Positions 34,376 through 45,715 of a DNA stretch of 64,000 bases are shown in pieces. Source of the stretch: Podarcis bocagei (taxonomy: Eukaryota); assembly GCA_964188305.1 (NCBI GenBank), contig OZ076885.1, one strand, 5' to 3'. The notes beneath the pieces are model-generated. The model saw nothing but the letters and a program-made list of their open reading frames with translations, ran no database searches and had not been told where the DNA came from. The first letter of the stretch is position 1. Every line of letters begins with the position of its first letter. The position numbers and the translations under genes are program-made.

Positions 34376-36791
34376 GGATAACAGAGGAAGAACGGCAATT
34401 TTTGGCTCCTCCCATGCTAAAATTTACCAGAAGTCTATCCATGCCAGACACCTCTGAAGATATCCCTCCTCCTCCACAGTCTTTACCTCCATCACCACCA
34501 CCTCCATCTCCTTCTCTTTACAACTCCCCCAAATCTCCAGTGTCTAGAATATATGGGACAATTAAGCCTGCATTTAATCAGAATTCAGGTGCAAAGTTAG
34601 CTATTTCAGGTAGATCTGAAAATATGGGAACGGTGATAAGGGACAAAGGGATATATTACCGGAGAGAGATGGACCGTTATTCTCTAGATTCTGAGGACTT
34701 ATATAGCAGAAATGCCTCAACTCAGGCAAGCTTCAGAAACAAGAGAGGTCAGATGCCGGAGAACCCATACTCTGAAGTTGGAAAAATAGCAAGCAAAGCA
34801 GTGTATGTCCCAGCCAAGCCAGCAAGACGGAAGGGAATGCTAGTGAAACAATCTAATGTTGAGGATAGTCCAGAAAAAACCTGCTCTATTCCAATTCCAA
34901 CTATCATTGTTAAAGAGCCATCTACCAGCAGTAGTGGGAAAAGTAGTCAAGGAAGCAGCATGGAAATTGACCCACAGTCTTCAGAGCAACCAGGACAGCT
35001 CAGACCTGAAGATAACTTGACTGTCAGTAGTCCATTTGCAGCAGCCATTGCAGGGGCAGTGAGGGATAGGGAGAAAAGATTAGAAGCCAGGCGTAACTCT
35101 CCAGCTTTCCTTTCCACAGATTTGGGAGATGAGGATGTTGGGCTATCGCCTCCAATGCCACGCTTGAGACAGTCTAAGTTTAGTGATGAGGGAATGTTTG
35201 GTAATGAAGACAACTTTAGGCAACTTGTATCACCATCTCCTATCCCAGCACCTAGAGAGCCTGAAAATATTTTTAATAGCAGTGAATCAAGTAATCAAAG
35301 TGATGCAAGGACACCAAACCCTCCAACCCCAACATCCATGGGTTCAGAAAATAATGTGTTGGCAACTCAGAATGCTGGTATGTCCAGTTTGGATAACTAT
35401 GTTCATCCACTCACAGGGAAATTACTGGATCCAAATTCACCTTTAGCCCTTGCCCTTTCTGCCAGAGATAGAGCCATGAAGGAACAAACCCAGCAAATTC
35501 CAGGGAAAGGAGAATCTGGCAAAGCAGACCTTAATAAACCCCTTTATATAGATACAAAGATGAGGTCCAACATCGAAACTACATTTCCAGTGACAGCTAC
35601 AATTGCTAGGCAAAATACGCGTGGTCCACTAAGGCGGCAGGAGACGGAGAACAAATATGAGACAGATACGGGGAAAGAGAGGAGGCCTGAAGAAAAGAAG
35701 AACATGCTGATCAATATTGTGGATACCTCACAGCAGAAGTCCGCTGGTTTGCTCATGGTTCATACGGTAGATACAGCGCAGTCCAATGAGACCCCTGATG
35801 AAAAGGAAGAGGAAAGTGCTGAGATAGATGTGGATACTGAAAAGCCTCCACCAGAGGCGCAGGAAAGTACAGAAACAGCAGAAAGTGGACCAGATGAAGC
35901 TGACATGCCTGAGCTACCTGCATCTCCCTGCAAAACTATTGTAGCAGTTGGCTCCGTTGATGATCCAATCATTTTACCGTTCCGTATCCCTCCACCCCCT
36001 TTAGCATCTGTTGACCTTGATGAAGATTTCATCTTTACTGAGCCATTACCACCGCCTTTAGAATTTGCTAACAGTTTTGATATCCCTGATGACCATTCTG
36101 TCCCAGGCTCTGCACTAACAGACTTGCTCAAACACAGAAAAAATGGAACTCCACCTGCTTCATTCAATCCTACTCAACCCTCAAATTCAATAGACAGTAA
36201 GAAACCAGTGGGTCTTTCAAACTGTTTGCCTGCCTCATTTTTACCACCGCCTGAAAATTTTGATAATGTCACTGACTCTGGGATTGAAGAGGTGGACAGT
36301 CGAAGCAGTAGTGATCATCACCTAGAGACAACCAGCACTATCTCAACTGTGTCCAGCATCTCTACCTTATCCTCTGAAGGTGGTGAGAACTTGGATACTT
36401 GTACAGTCTATGCAGATGGGCAAACATTTCTGGTGGACAAACCCCCAGTACCTCCTAAGCCAAAAATGAAGCCCATAATCAACAAAAGCAATGCACTTTA
36501 CAAGGATGCGCTAATTGAAGAAACTGTAGATAGTTTTGTTATTCCTCCACCTGCCCCACCCCCACCTCCTATCAGCGCACAGCCCGGTATGGCTAAAGTT
36601 GTACAGCAAAGGACCTCTAAGCTATGGGGTGATGTAACGGAGGTTAAAAGCCCAGTTCTCTCAGGCCCAAAGGCTAATGTCATTAGTGAATTGAACTCAA
36701 TACTGCAGCAAATGAACAGAGAGAAATCATCAAAGCCAGGGGAAGGATTGGAGTCACCTCCAGGAATAAAAACAGCAAGTCTTAGTACAAG
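34376..36791 (+). CDS. SHANK2: SHANK2 large proline-rich exon (G)ITEEERQFLAPPMLKFTRSLS...TASLSTR, 2416 nt, phase 1-2
   Basis: ORF-track 34402..36795 (its 'M' is an internal TTG Leu). tttttttaAAG acceptor, GTAAAT donor. Contains the Homer-binding PPLEF (36052-36066) and cortactin-SH3-binding KPPVPPKP (36439-36462) motifs. Confidence 0.98.
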
Positions 36792-38339
36792 GTAAATGCA
36801 ACTAAATTATTTTTTAAGTCTATAGTTTCCGTAAGTTTAAATTGCCTTTGCTTTCATTAATAATGTCTTAAATACCATTTAATCTTATGTTTAAAATGCA
36901 TGGTATTAATGCTCCAGTGTTAATTTTTGACCCTCTTAAAAATCTACAAAATACGTTAATTGCTATTATCATTTTTCACCTTTGCCCTTCTTTGTTTATG
37001 ATATTAACACGTATTGAAACATGCTATCTTTTACTATGCTGCTAGTTAAGAATCAATTTCACCTCTCCCTTCTAGAATCCCTGGTTATGTGTTTTATGGT
37101 TTACCCCTAACTTCTCCACATTTAATGAAAAAGTTTCAAAGTGGCTCTAAGTGACAGCTGACTGGTTATAGTTCTGATTTAATTTCAAGTTGATATTGCT
37201 TCAGCAGTAGCTATCTTATTTAGAATGTGTTGAGTAGTTTTGTGTGTTTTATTTTGCATGATACATATGTTTAGTTTACAATGCAAAGGGCCACATGTGG
37301 CGCTGCATGTATTTGCCAAGGTTTTTCGTCTTCCTGCTGCAATCCATTACAACCTCCAACAAAGCACTCCTGAGAATCCAGTTGGAGGTGGAAGGAAAGA
37401 GAGAAATCAGCAGTCCCACATGCAAATGTAGAAGTGCTTTCTGCTCACACCTTTGGATCCCAGCCAGAATCTCTCTATGCTTTTTTAGTAAATGAAATAA
37501 AAATCTGTCCTTTATTTGATAACAAATATTCTAATGCAACTTTAGAAAAAACCAAAAGTGACACATTTAATCTCAAAAATATTTATTTTATTGCATGGGC
37601 TTCAGTGCATGCAAGAAAGGAGAATGCACTAATGGACCATATTCTGGTTTCATTTTTTAAAATCAAGTTTCCTGCTGGATCATACCAGTTGCTCATTTGG
37701 TCTAGCATCTTGTTCTCACACTGTGCACATTCAGTTACTCCAGTAAAACGATCAAGGTACATTAATGATTTGTTGTTTGAGCTGTTTGGTTTTAATTGTT
37801 GGAAGAAGAGTAGTCACAAAGCCTGTCCTTTAGTCTTTTCTAGGGTGGCCAGAGACAAAGGATACAAGGGCTTTTGCACCTCTCTCAATTGTGGAATTTT
37901 GTTGTGTGCATCTTATCATGCAGGGGTGAAAGCAGCTGCACTTTCAAAAAAATCATTTTCTACACAGCTATTAAAAATGTGAGAGGTCTGTCATCCTCTC
38001 CTCTTCATCAGAGCATACAACTGCCATGGTGAATAATACATTACTTTTCTAAAACTTTTGTAAAAAACATGTTCTCCATGGTGGTAGTATATGGTGGCAG
38101 GGTCAGCTTTGGCATCCCATCTTCAACCACCCTGCCTTACAGCCAGTACCACTGAAAGATTGCATTTGTCAGACATATTTTTAAAGTCAATATTGTGAAA
38201 TTTATTGAGCCTTTGGGTGGATTTGTTGCACTTGCTATGATAGGTTCTAGGACTTTCAACTGAAGGTGGCAACCCATGGTAGCGGAACAGTAGAGTGATG
38301 TATGAAACCCCAAACTCTGAATGTACCATTTTTTACCTG

Positions 38340-38390
38340 TTGTTGAGCCTGGCTTTGGCCGGGGAGGGCAAGATACAAAAAAAAAATCTA

Positions 38391-38447
<57 letters not shown>
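38340..38447 (+). mobile_element. Extreme 3' tip of an L2-type element with long (ATT)n tail
   Basis: TGAGCCTGGCTTTGGCCGGGGAGGGCAAGATA resembles 13560-13592; (ATT)n at 38391-38447. Confidence 0.7.
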
Positions 38448-38449
<2 letters not shown>

Positions 38450-38511
38450 GGACCTGTTTCCTAGCAAAGTTTAAGCTTCAGCTACATGGGGACAGGTTTT
38501 ATGTGGTAGAG

Positions 38512-38698
38512 CAGGGGTGTCCAACAGGTAGATCACGATCTACTGGTAGATTGCGTGGGGTCTGTGGTAGATCGCAGTCGATCGTGGAACCCTCCCCCCC
38601 CCCCAAAAAAAAAGAAAGCTCAACAACTTTGGTAGATCACTGCCAGTTTTTTTTATAGTAAGAGTAGATCTCAGTCTCTTGAAAGTTGGACATGCCTG
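38512..38698. mobile_element. hAT MITE with exact 8-bp TSD TGGTAGAG
   Basis: TIRs CAGGGGTGTCCAAC / GTTGGACATGCCTG; TSD at 38504-38511 and 38699-38706; internal GTAGATC repeats. Confidence 0.92.
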
Positions 38699-40723
38699 TG
38701 GTAGAGAATTGTCATGAGTCTCTCTGCCCATTACCATACATCTTATTGTATAATACAAATGATCCACAGGGATCCTATGTGCACAGACACTCAATTCTTG
38801 TGTCGGTTCTCACTCAAACTAGGGATGACATACCAGTGGGGCAGTGATGAAATTTCTATGTGGAGCTTCCATATCATGTTACTTTATGGGTCGAACGGGT
38901 TTGTGTGCTGTGCTGCTTCTCCAGTATATTAAGTCAAGTGAATATCTAAACCACAAATGGATACCTAAAAATTATACTCCTGTTAGTGAACCTAGCAGTT
39001 CTTATTTGTTCTTCCCTTTCATTTAGCAATCTGATTTACCAGTGAATAGGCAAAGGGTTCATAAGGTGTACTCTTTGTAAAGTATTTATTTTATTTATTT
39101 CACTCCTGCCTTTTTATAAAACATAACTTTTAGGTGTAGGAAGGACACATTACTGATTTTCCCCTTCCCCTTGAAAATATGCTCCAGAAGATTTGTGGAC
39201 CTTCCAGAACAGTGTTGTGGCTATGGGAAGAAGTGGAGTGGGATCATACAAAGGGCCTCAGCCATTTCTTCCAGTTCCAGTAGAAATCTTCTCTGGATCT
39301 CCGTCCTTTCCATATATGGAAGAAGCCCTTCTGTTCAGGAAAGGCCAAATCGGAACCAAACTTGTAATATCAAAAGTACTGCTAAGTTTCTGTTACTCTA
39401 TAAATTACAATGTTCTCCCTGTTCCAGGGGTCTGTTGACACTCAGAGGTGCGCATGGAATTCCAAAAAAATGTTGGTTTCCATTAGTTTCAATGGAGGGA
39501 GCTAAAACACAACAGGATTTACTCTTTCTATTCTTGGCTTAGGTCACACAGTGAGGAAAATCCAAAGGCACGGAGAGTCATATCCACAAGAGCTTGCTAA
39601 CTCATGAAGTTTAAGTAATAATCAAAATGTGGCTAGCTTTCTGCTTGTTGTAGAGATGTGAACAGTATGGTTTGTGTGTCTTCAGTGTGTATTAGCAGTA
39701 TTTGGAAATTATAATATTGGAAAGCGTATGTAGCATTGGCAGCCAAATTTGCCATGACATTTGTGGCTTTCAGTAAGGAAATGTAGCAATCCTAACAGTA
39801 TACTGGAGTGTTGATTCACTTTGCAACTTTCAGTTTAGTATGAAGATTCATTTAATTTTAATAAGCAAATTAAGGTAATTTCTCCCTGTGCTGCATACTT
39901 ATTAAAAATTTGTCCACTCAGCTGGCAGTGGAAGTCCCAATTATAAACCAACTTAAATGTTAAGGTACTTCACAGTAATTGTATCAGTGCGATTCTTTCC
40001 TATGGTGCCAGTACACTCACCTTTTAATCAGATTTCCCTAATGGGGTATAACAAATATAACATAGCTAAAACATATGAATTAAACTAGACAGAATTAAGG
40101 CAGTTTAAAGAAAAAGGATGCCACTCTATATTGACTATGTCATTGTCAATTTTACAAGCTTATCTTGTAGTATCATTTGGATACAGATTTCCCTGAAAAC
40201 TGTTTATTTTTCCGCATTGCTATAGTTTGTAGGTTCTAGAAATAAAAATCTGTATACTTCCATATACTGATATTTGAACAATGGAAGGGTTTTTTCCTTA
40301 TTGACTTTTATGTCATATTTCAAGAAGTAAAAACCAGGACACCCTGAATGTTGTTTCTTCTTTTTTGTTTTTCCAAAAACGCCGGGAACCACGATTTATT
40401 GTATTGATTTAGGCATGGGCATAGTCAAGGGGGGCAGTAAAGCAACAGAATTACTTAACTAGATGGCCAATCACATCGGTTCTGTACCCCCACCCCCACA
40501 AAAGTCCTGGCTACACCCATACATGTGTGCATTAGAAGGCACCATCAGCTGTAGAACAGTGGTTTTCTGAGAGTGTGCAAAGCCTTGAAAATTGCTTTTG
40601 GAGAGTGCTCTCACTAATTTACATTCACACAAACACACACCCAGCAATTCACACATTCAGCAATTGCTTCTTGCTCCTCTTGCTCCAGGCAAGTGTATAA
40701 AGGGCAAAATTAAGAGTGCTCTT

Positions 40724-40724
<1 letters not shown>

Positions 40725-40769
<45 letters not shown>
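40725..40769. repeat. (CA)n microsatellite
   Basis: Seen directly. Confidence 0.95.
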
Positions 40770-40772
<3 letters not shown>

Positions 40773-41682
40773 AAAAGATATAACCAGCCTACCTCCATAC
40801 CAGTCTTAAGAGTTTGGATGTTTCCAAACAAGTTTTCCACCCTTTGGAGTAAAAAAAAAAATTTCAACTACTATGCATTTCAAAGACACATTTGTGTGTG
40901 TGTGTTGAAATTATGCCATCAAAACCAAGTGCATAGTAAAATTGCCAAAATAAAAGAATTAAGTCCTTAGCTGAATTCAATCTGTAAATGACAAGCATAA
41001 AAAATCAGTCCCTGAGCAGATGGGTTAGTTTTTGTTCTTTGTACTCCCATCCTGCTTTAAGCTGTTTATGGGAAGAAATTGGGTGTCCTTGCCACATAAT
41101 CTTTGTTAAATTAATCTTACAAAAAGCAAATTATAAAGACCTCGCAAAAGCCTGTTGATTATCAGAGAGCAGCTGTTTGAGCTCCTTCTCCCAGGCTTTT
41201 ATTATAAACTCTGTACTCCCTACCACCACCACCCATTCATAAATACGCAGGTAAATACATTAGCAAGTAAATAAGCAGGTTAAACTACCTCTGAACCAAA
41301 AAGTTGTATTAAAACACAATGATCAAGTATCCACTGAATAATTACTGTATCAATAGAATAAAGGAGGTAACTGTGAAGAGGGAAAGAAAGGGGCAGGAAG
41401 CATCTTGAACAATTTAGGCTGGAACCAGTATCTGTTATCCTGGAGGTTTATTCTAATCCATAATGATGTTACAATAGTTGCAGGGTTGCCAGCCTGAAAC
41501 TGTTGACTTAATATCTTATTCAGGGAAGATTCTGTTCTTCTGAAACTCTTTTGTACGCTAGTGATATTTTTTACTATGTGTCCTCAGTCCTTCCTGAAGC
41601 CAGGAGGTATTCAAGTGTTTCATTGCCATGCATTAATATACTGAGTTGTAAATGTTTCATTGTTGACACAATTTTGCCCCAG

Positions 41683-41686
41683 ACAG
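41683..41686 (+). CDS. SHANK2: Candidate 4-nt SHANK2 microexon ACAG (frameshifting; removes SAM)
   Basis: tgttgacacaattttgcccCAG|ACAG|GTAAGT: branch-like TTGAC, UGC just upstream of the AG, consensus donor CAG|GTAAGT, YCAY-rich downstream intron. Confidence 0.5.
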
Positions 41687-42633
41687 GTAAGTGAAAAGTA
41701 AATCAAGAAGATGAGTATATGCATTGGCAGATATTGAATTGGTCACCTTTGAACTTCATAACCTTAGAGTTTCATAAATAACCCAACAATCAGAGAGGTG
41801 TTTTTTTAAAAGCTGAACTTCGTTACATCCTTTACTTTCACTTCATCTTGTTAACTGTTTGTCGGCCAATTTTGCAGATGCTTTTGCTTTGTAACTCTAC
41901 AGTGTCTCAGTCATTCCATTTTGTCATTTTATTTGCTCTCATGACTGCCGTTAACAGAAGAGGGGCATTCTGAAGTGCCATGAAGTAAGTGACGACCAAA
42001 GGGGGTTTATTTGGGGGTTGTTTCTTTTTTTAACCCATGCATTGGTTCACATTAGTTACTTTTTGTTCGTTTTTCATTCATAGTTTGGATTAGATATTTC
42101 TCCTATCCAGAAGTGGTAGCCATTCTTTAAAATTCACCATAGGTCTTCAACATTAGACCCTTTCTTACATAAATTTCACTAGTACTCCTGTTAGGTATCA
42201 TTCGTCAAGAAATAGGAAAAGGGTCAGGTAACTTTAAGGACATTTTCTATGAGTTCTGGGTGTGGTTTTCCAGGCTAATTAGGCACAGGTGGTGGTGTGT
42301 ATAAAGAGAAGAAGTTGCAGTTTGCAACTGCCTGCAAAAAGAAAACACCCACATGCTTTGTGTTTGTTGTTTGTATAGCCTTAATGAAACTCTTGTTTGA
42401 GTGTTTTACACCAGTCTTGTGGTTCTGTCATCTGCCGCCAGGGAAAATTTGCCTCCAATAACTCCAACTCTAGAGTTAGTGAAAGTGTGTAGTTAAAAAA
42501 AAATTAAATTATAATATGAGGAATTGAGCCAAAGGATAAAATTCAGCCATGTCTAAGCCTTGTTGAAATCAATGACACAGTCAAATGCTTAATTTATATT
42601 GCATTGTACTTGTAAAGCCTCTTACCTAAGTGT

Positions 42634-42829
42634 CAGTGATGACTGGTGCCCATTGGGAATGATAGGGCAGAAGGCCAGGTGACCAACAGTAGAGAGAGCC
42701 AGAGCCAGTGATTGGCAGAGCCATCCCCTAACTGGTTAAAAGTTGGACGTCAAACAGATATGAGTGCCTGAGAGCAGAATGAGGTTGATGGGGCAATGCC
42801 CATTAACCCCAATGGGCCAATCTCCACTG
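42634..42829. mobile_element. Older hAT-like MITE
   Basis: Termini CAGTGATGACTGG / CCAATCTCCACTG; degenerate 8-bp flanks CTAAGTGT / CCTAGTAT. Confidence 0.5.
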
Positions 42830-44144
42830 CCTAGTATGGTGGCATGAACTATTGGCACGAATGATTAAGTTATTGTTCAGGTTGATGAAAGTTTTCAGTT
42901 CAATTTCTGTGAGGGAAAGGGAGAGTGTCAGTTTGGTTGAGAGTAAGAAGTTGCACGGGGGCAGACTTAGGACTGAAAATAGGTCCTGGGTTGTAGAGAA
43001 GTTATTGGACAGAAAATTTAGAGACAAGGAATCCGAAGGAAGGCTCTGAGGAGGACAATCTTGAAAGTAAAGTAAGCGGAGAATGAAGTAAGGTGCAAAG
43101 ATGACAGAACTGTGGCAAAAGTGGTCTCTGAAGAAACTTCACATAGCTTTTGTCACTCCTGACATATGCTGTAGAAGGAGAGCTGGGTAGGCTAGTTAAG
43201 AAAAATATAGGTAACAAAGTAGCTGTTAGGTCTATAACAGCCTTCATCATACTGGTGCCTTCCATATGTTTTGGACTACAACTCCCATGAGCCCCAGCCA
43301 GCATGGCCAGGTTGGCAAAGACTTATCTAGAATCTAGATACACCAAGAAAATTCTGCCAGTTATTAATTCTGCCTTTAGCGTAGCGTTGTGAACTGGCAA
43401 CAAGTATCAATAAGCAGTGCAGGTGACTGTATTTCACATATTGAGATTTTCTAGGCAGCCATTTCTTCTAGTCTATAATTGTATTGCACATAATTATGAT
43501 GATAGAGAAGCCTCTGGTATTTGTTGGCTGAGCTGGTGCAAACTCATGCACTTTCCCAACTGCCAAGGAAACAGTGTTGTCAGAATATTTTCTGAGGCAA
43601 GGAGGACCTCTGAAGAAATTGCATAATGCTTAAGGACTAGAAGGTCTATAGGGGAAGAGAGAGGAATGTTGTGGAGAATCTGCACATGCAGCAGATTGGC
43701 TAAAGCAGTGGGACAAAGTAGGCAGTGCATTAAAAAGCAGAGGTCTGAGGAAACGATGGGTGGGGAAGGGATGGGAGTTTAAGAAAACAAGAGCCAATGA
43801 AAACTTCAGATGGGGCCTAGGAACAATAGTGGCAAGACAGAAGTCTGAGTGTCACTTCTGGAGGGCTGGAGACTATGCTGGGTTGAAGACTATCAGGTTG
43901 TAATGGAACTGCTATTCATTTAAGAGATACATAGATTGGAATTTGTGTTAGTGGTGGCATCTGCTGACTCCACCTCCCCACTTCCCACCAAAGCTGGGGT
44001 TGCATGGCTTACCAGGTTACATGTCTGTAGCATTGGCTTCCAGGTTCCCCTCCCAGAGAAGTGGTCGCAACCGGCTTCCACCAAAATCTCACCAGAACTC
44101 AGAAGCCTGCACTGCAGCTGCTTCTTCTGCGAGGTGTTCTGGGT

Positions 44145-44962
44145 TCCAGGCACTCTTGGAGGAAACTGATTTTCGAGATCCATTTCAGTCAGCATTTAGG
44201 CCAAGCTTTGGCACAGAAACTACCTTATGATCTCTGTCAGGAAAGAAATGTGTTCCAGTCAATTATCAACTTCTCAGTGGCTTTTGATACCATAAACCAT
44301 GGTATCCTTCTGGAGTGGTTGTTCGAATTAGGGGTGTGTGGTACAGCTTTGTGGTGGTTCTGGTCTTACTTGGATGGTCATTTCCAGAGGGTGATGCAGG
44401 GTTTGCGCTGAATCTTCAATGTAGAGTTCCTTGGGGTTCAATTTTATCCCCTATGCTGTTTAACATCTACATGAAACCCCTGAGTGGAGATACAGAGTTT
44501 TGGAGTATGTCATCAGCAATATGCTGGTGACACATATAGCTCTATCTCTCCTTTGCATCTGCAGGTGTGGCAGTGGATGTGCTGGACTGATGTCTTGCCT
44601 CAGTTATGGACTGGATGAGAGCCAATAAACCGAGGCTCAATCCAGATAAGACAGAGGCACTGTTAGTGGATGGTCCCTGGATCGGATGAATGGGAGATTT
44701 CCTGCTTTTGATGGGGTTACACTCCCTCTGAAAGAGTGGTCTTGGGTGGTCTCAGTGGCGTGGAGTGTCTTCCATCAGCTTCAGCTTGTGGCCCAGCTGC
44801 ACCCCTATCTGGACAGGGATAGCCTAACGTCTGTTGTCTATGCTCTGGTAACCGCTAGGTTAGATTACTGCAACACATTATACGTAGGGCTGCCACTAAA
44901 GACTGTTTGGAAACTTCAGCAGGTGCAGAATTCGGCATCCAGGTTGCTCGCCAGAGCAAGAC
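44145..44962 (+). mobile_element. Decayed L2-clade LINE reverse transcriptase fragment
   Basis: LEETDFRDPFQSAFRPSFGTET, AFDTINHGILL, VPWGSILSPMLFNIYMKPL, QYAGD (YADD), WMRANKPRLNPDKTE, LVTARLDYCN; frameshifted. Confidence 0.9.
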
Positions 44963-45451
44963 AGCTTGAGCTGCAAAATGGCAGCCACTTGAAAGGGGAC
45001 TGATTGCAGAAGTTGGGGGAAGAGACCTTCAACACAAATTCAGGATTTCCTCCCAATGCAAACAGCCGCTTCAAATGTATTATTTTCGTCATGACTCCAG
45101 CAGGGAAATAATGATTTAATCTCTCACTCTCCCCACCCACTGACTGCTGCAATCTTGATCATTATAAGCCCCACACCAGGTAGCTATTATTTGAATTATT
45201 TAAAATGCATATTAAAATAAAGATGAACATCATGTACAGTTTGGCTCTACATCCTGTGGTCCTTAGTTCACTTGCTAAATAGCAAATTCCATTGAATTCA
45301 TGAGAACTTTCTTGTGAGTAAACATACATCTTAAAAAGTACATCTTAAAAAGATGTTTGGGCAACAGTTTGGCATATAAATAACTCTTGTGTCCATGTAG
45401 TTCATTTTAGCAGGAAAAAAACCACCTTGTATATTGAAGCTTTCTGCTAGT

Positions 45452-45715
45452 TAGGGCTGGGCAATGTCTGGTTTTCAACATCGTGATATATCACCAGCTA
45501 AACATCACAATATACTGATATATCACAATGTCTGAAACAAGGATGGAGCTATGTAGAGGCATTGGCTGGCTTCATGGTTTTTCCCATACTGTAATTTTTT
45601 CATAGCATGCATGCGCACACACACATATTGTGATTCACGATACATTGCCAGGTCAAAAATTATGAAACTGATATCACTATATGAATTGGGCATGTTGATA
45701 TATCGCCCATTCCTA
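45452..45715. mobile_element. hAT MITE (TIR TAGGGCTGGGC...) with exact 8-bp TSD CTGCTAGT
   Basis: TAGGGCTGGGCAAT ... ATCGCCCATTCCTA; TSD at 45444-45451 and 45716-45723. Confidence 0.9.

Noticed and set aside
34402-34404. ORF-track 'start' of the 797-aa ORF (and of 50108..50728)
   Set aside because: These are internal exons. TTG and GTG are not initiation codons here; the true boundaries are the acceptors at 34376 and 50155.
34947-36683. Antisense ORFs over the large SHANK2 exon (also 50263-50622)
   Set aside because: Shadow frames of the real coding strand, with no independent features.
37434-37982. 182-aa intronic ORF
   Set aside because: Low-information composition typical of AT-rich intron; no homology, no convincing splice sites, non-ATG start.
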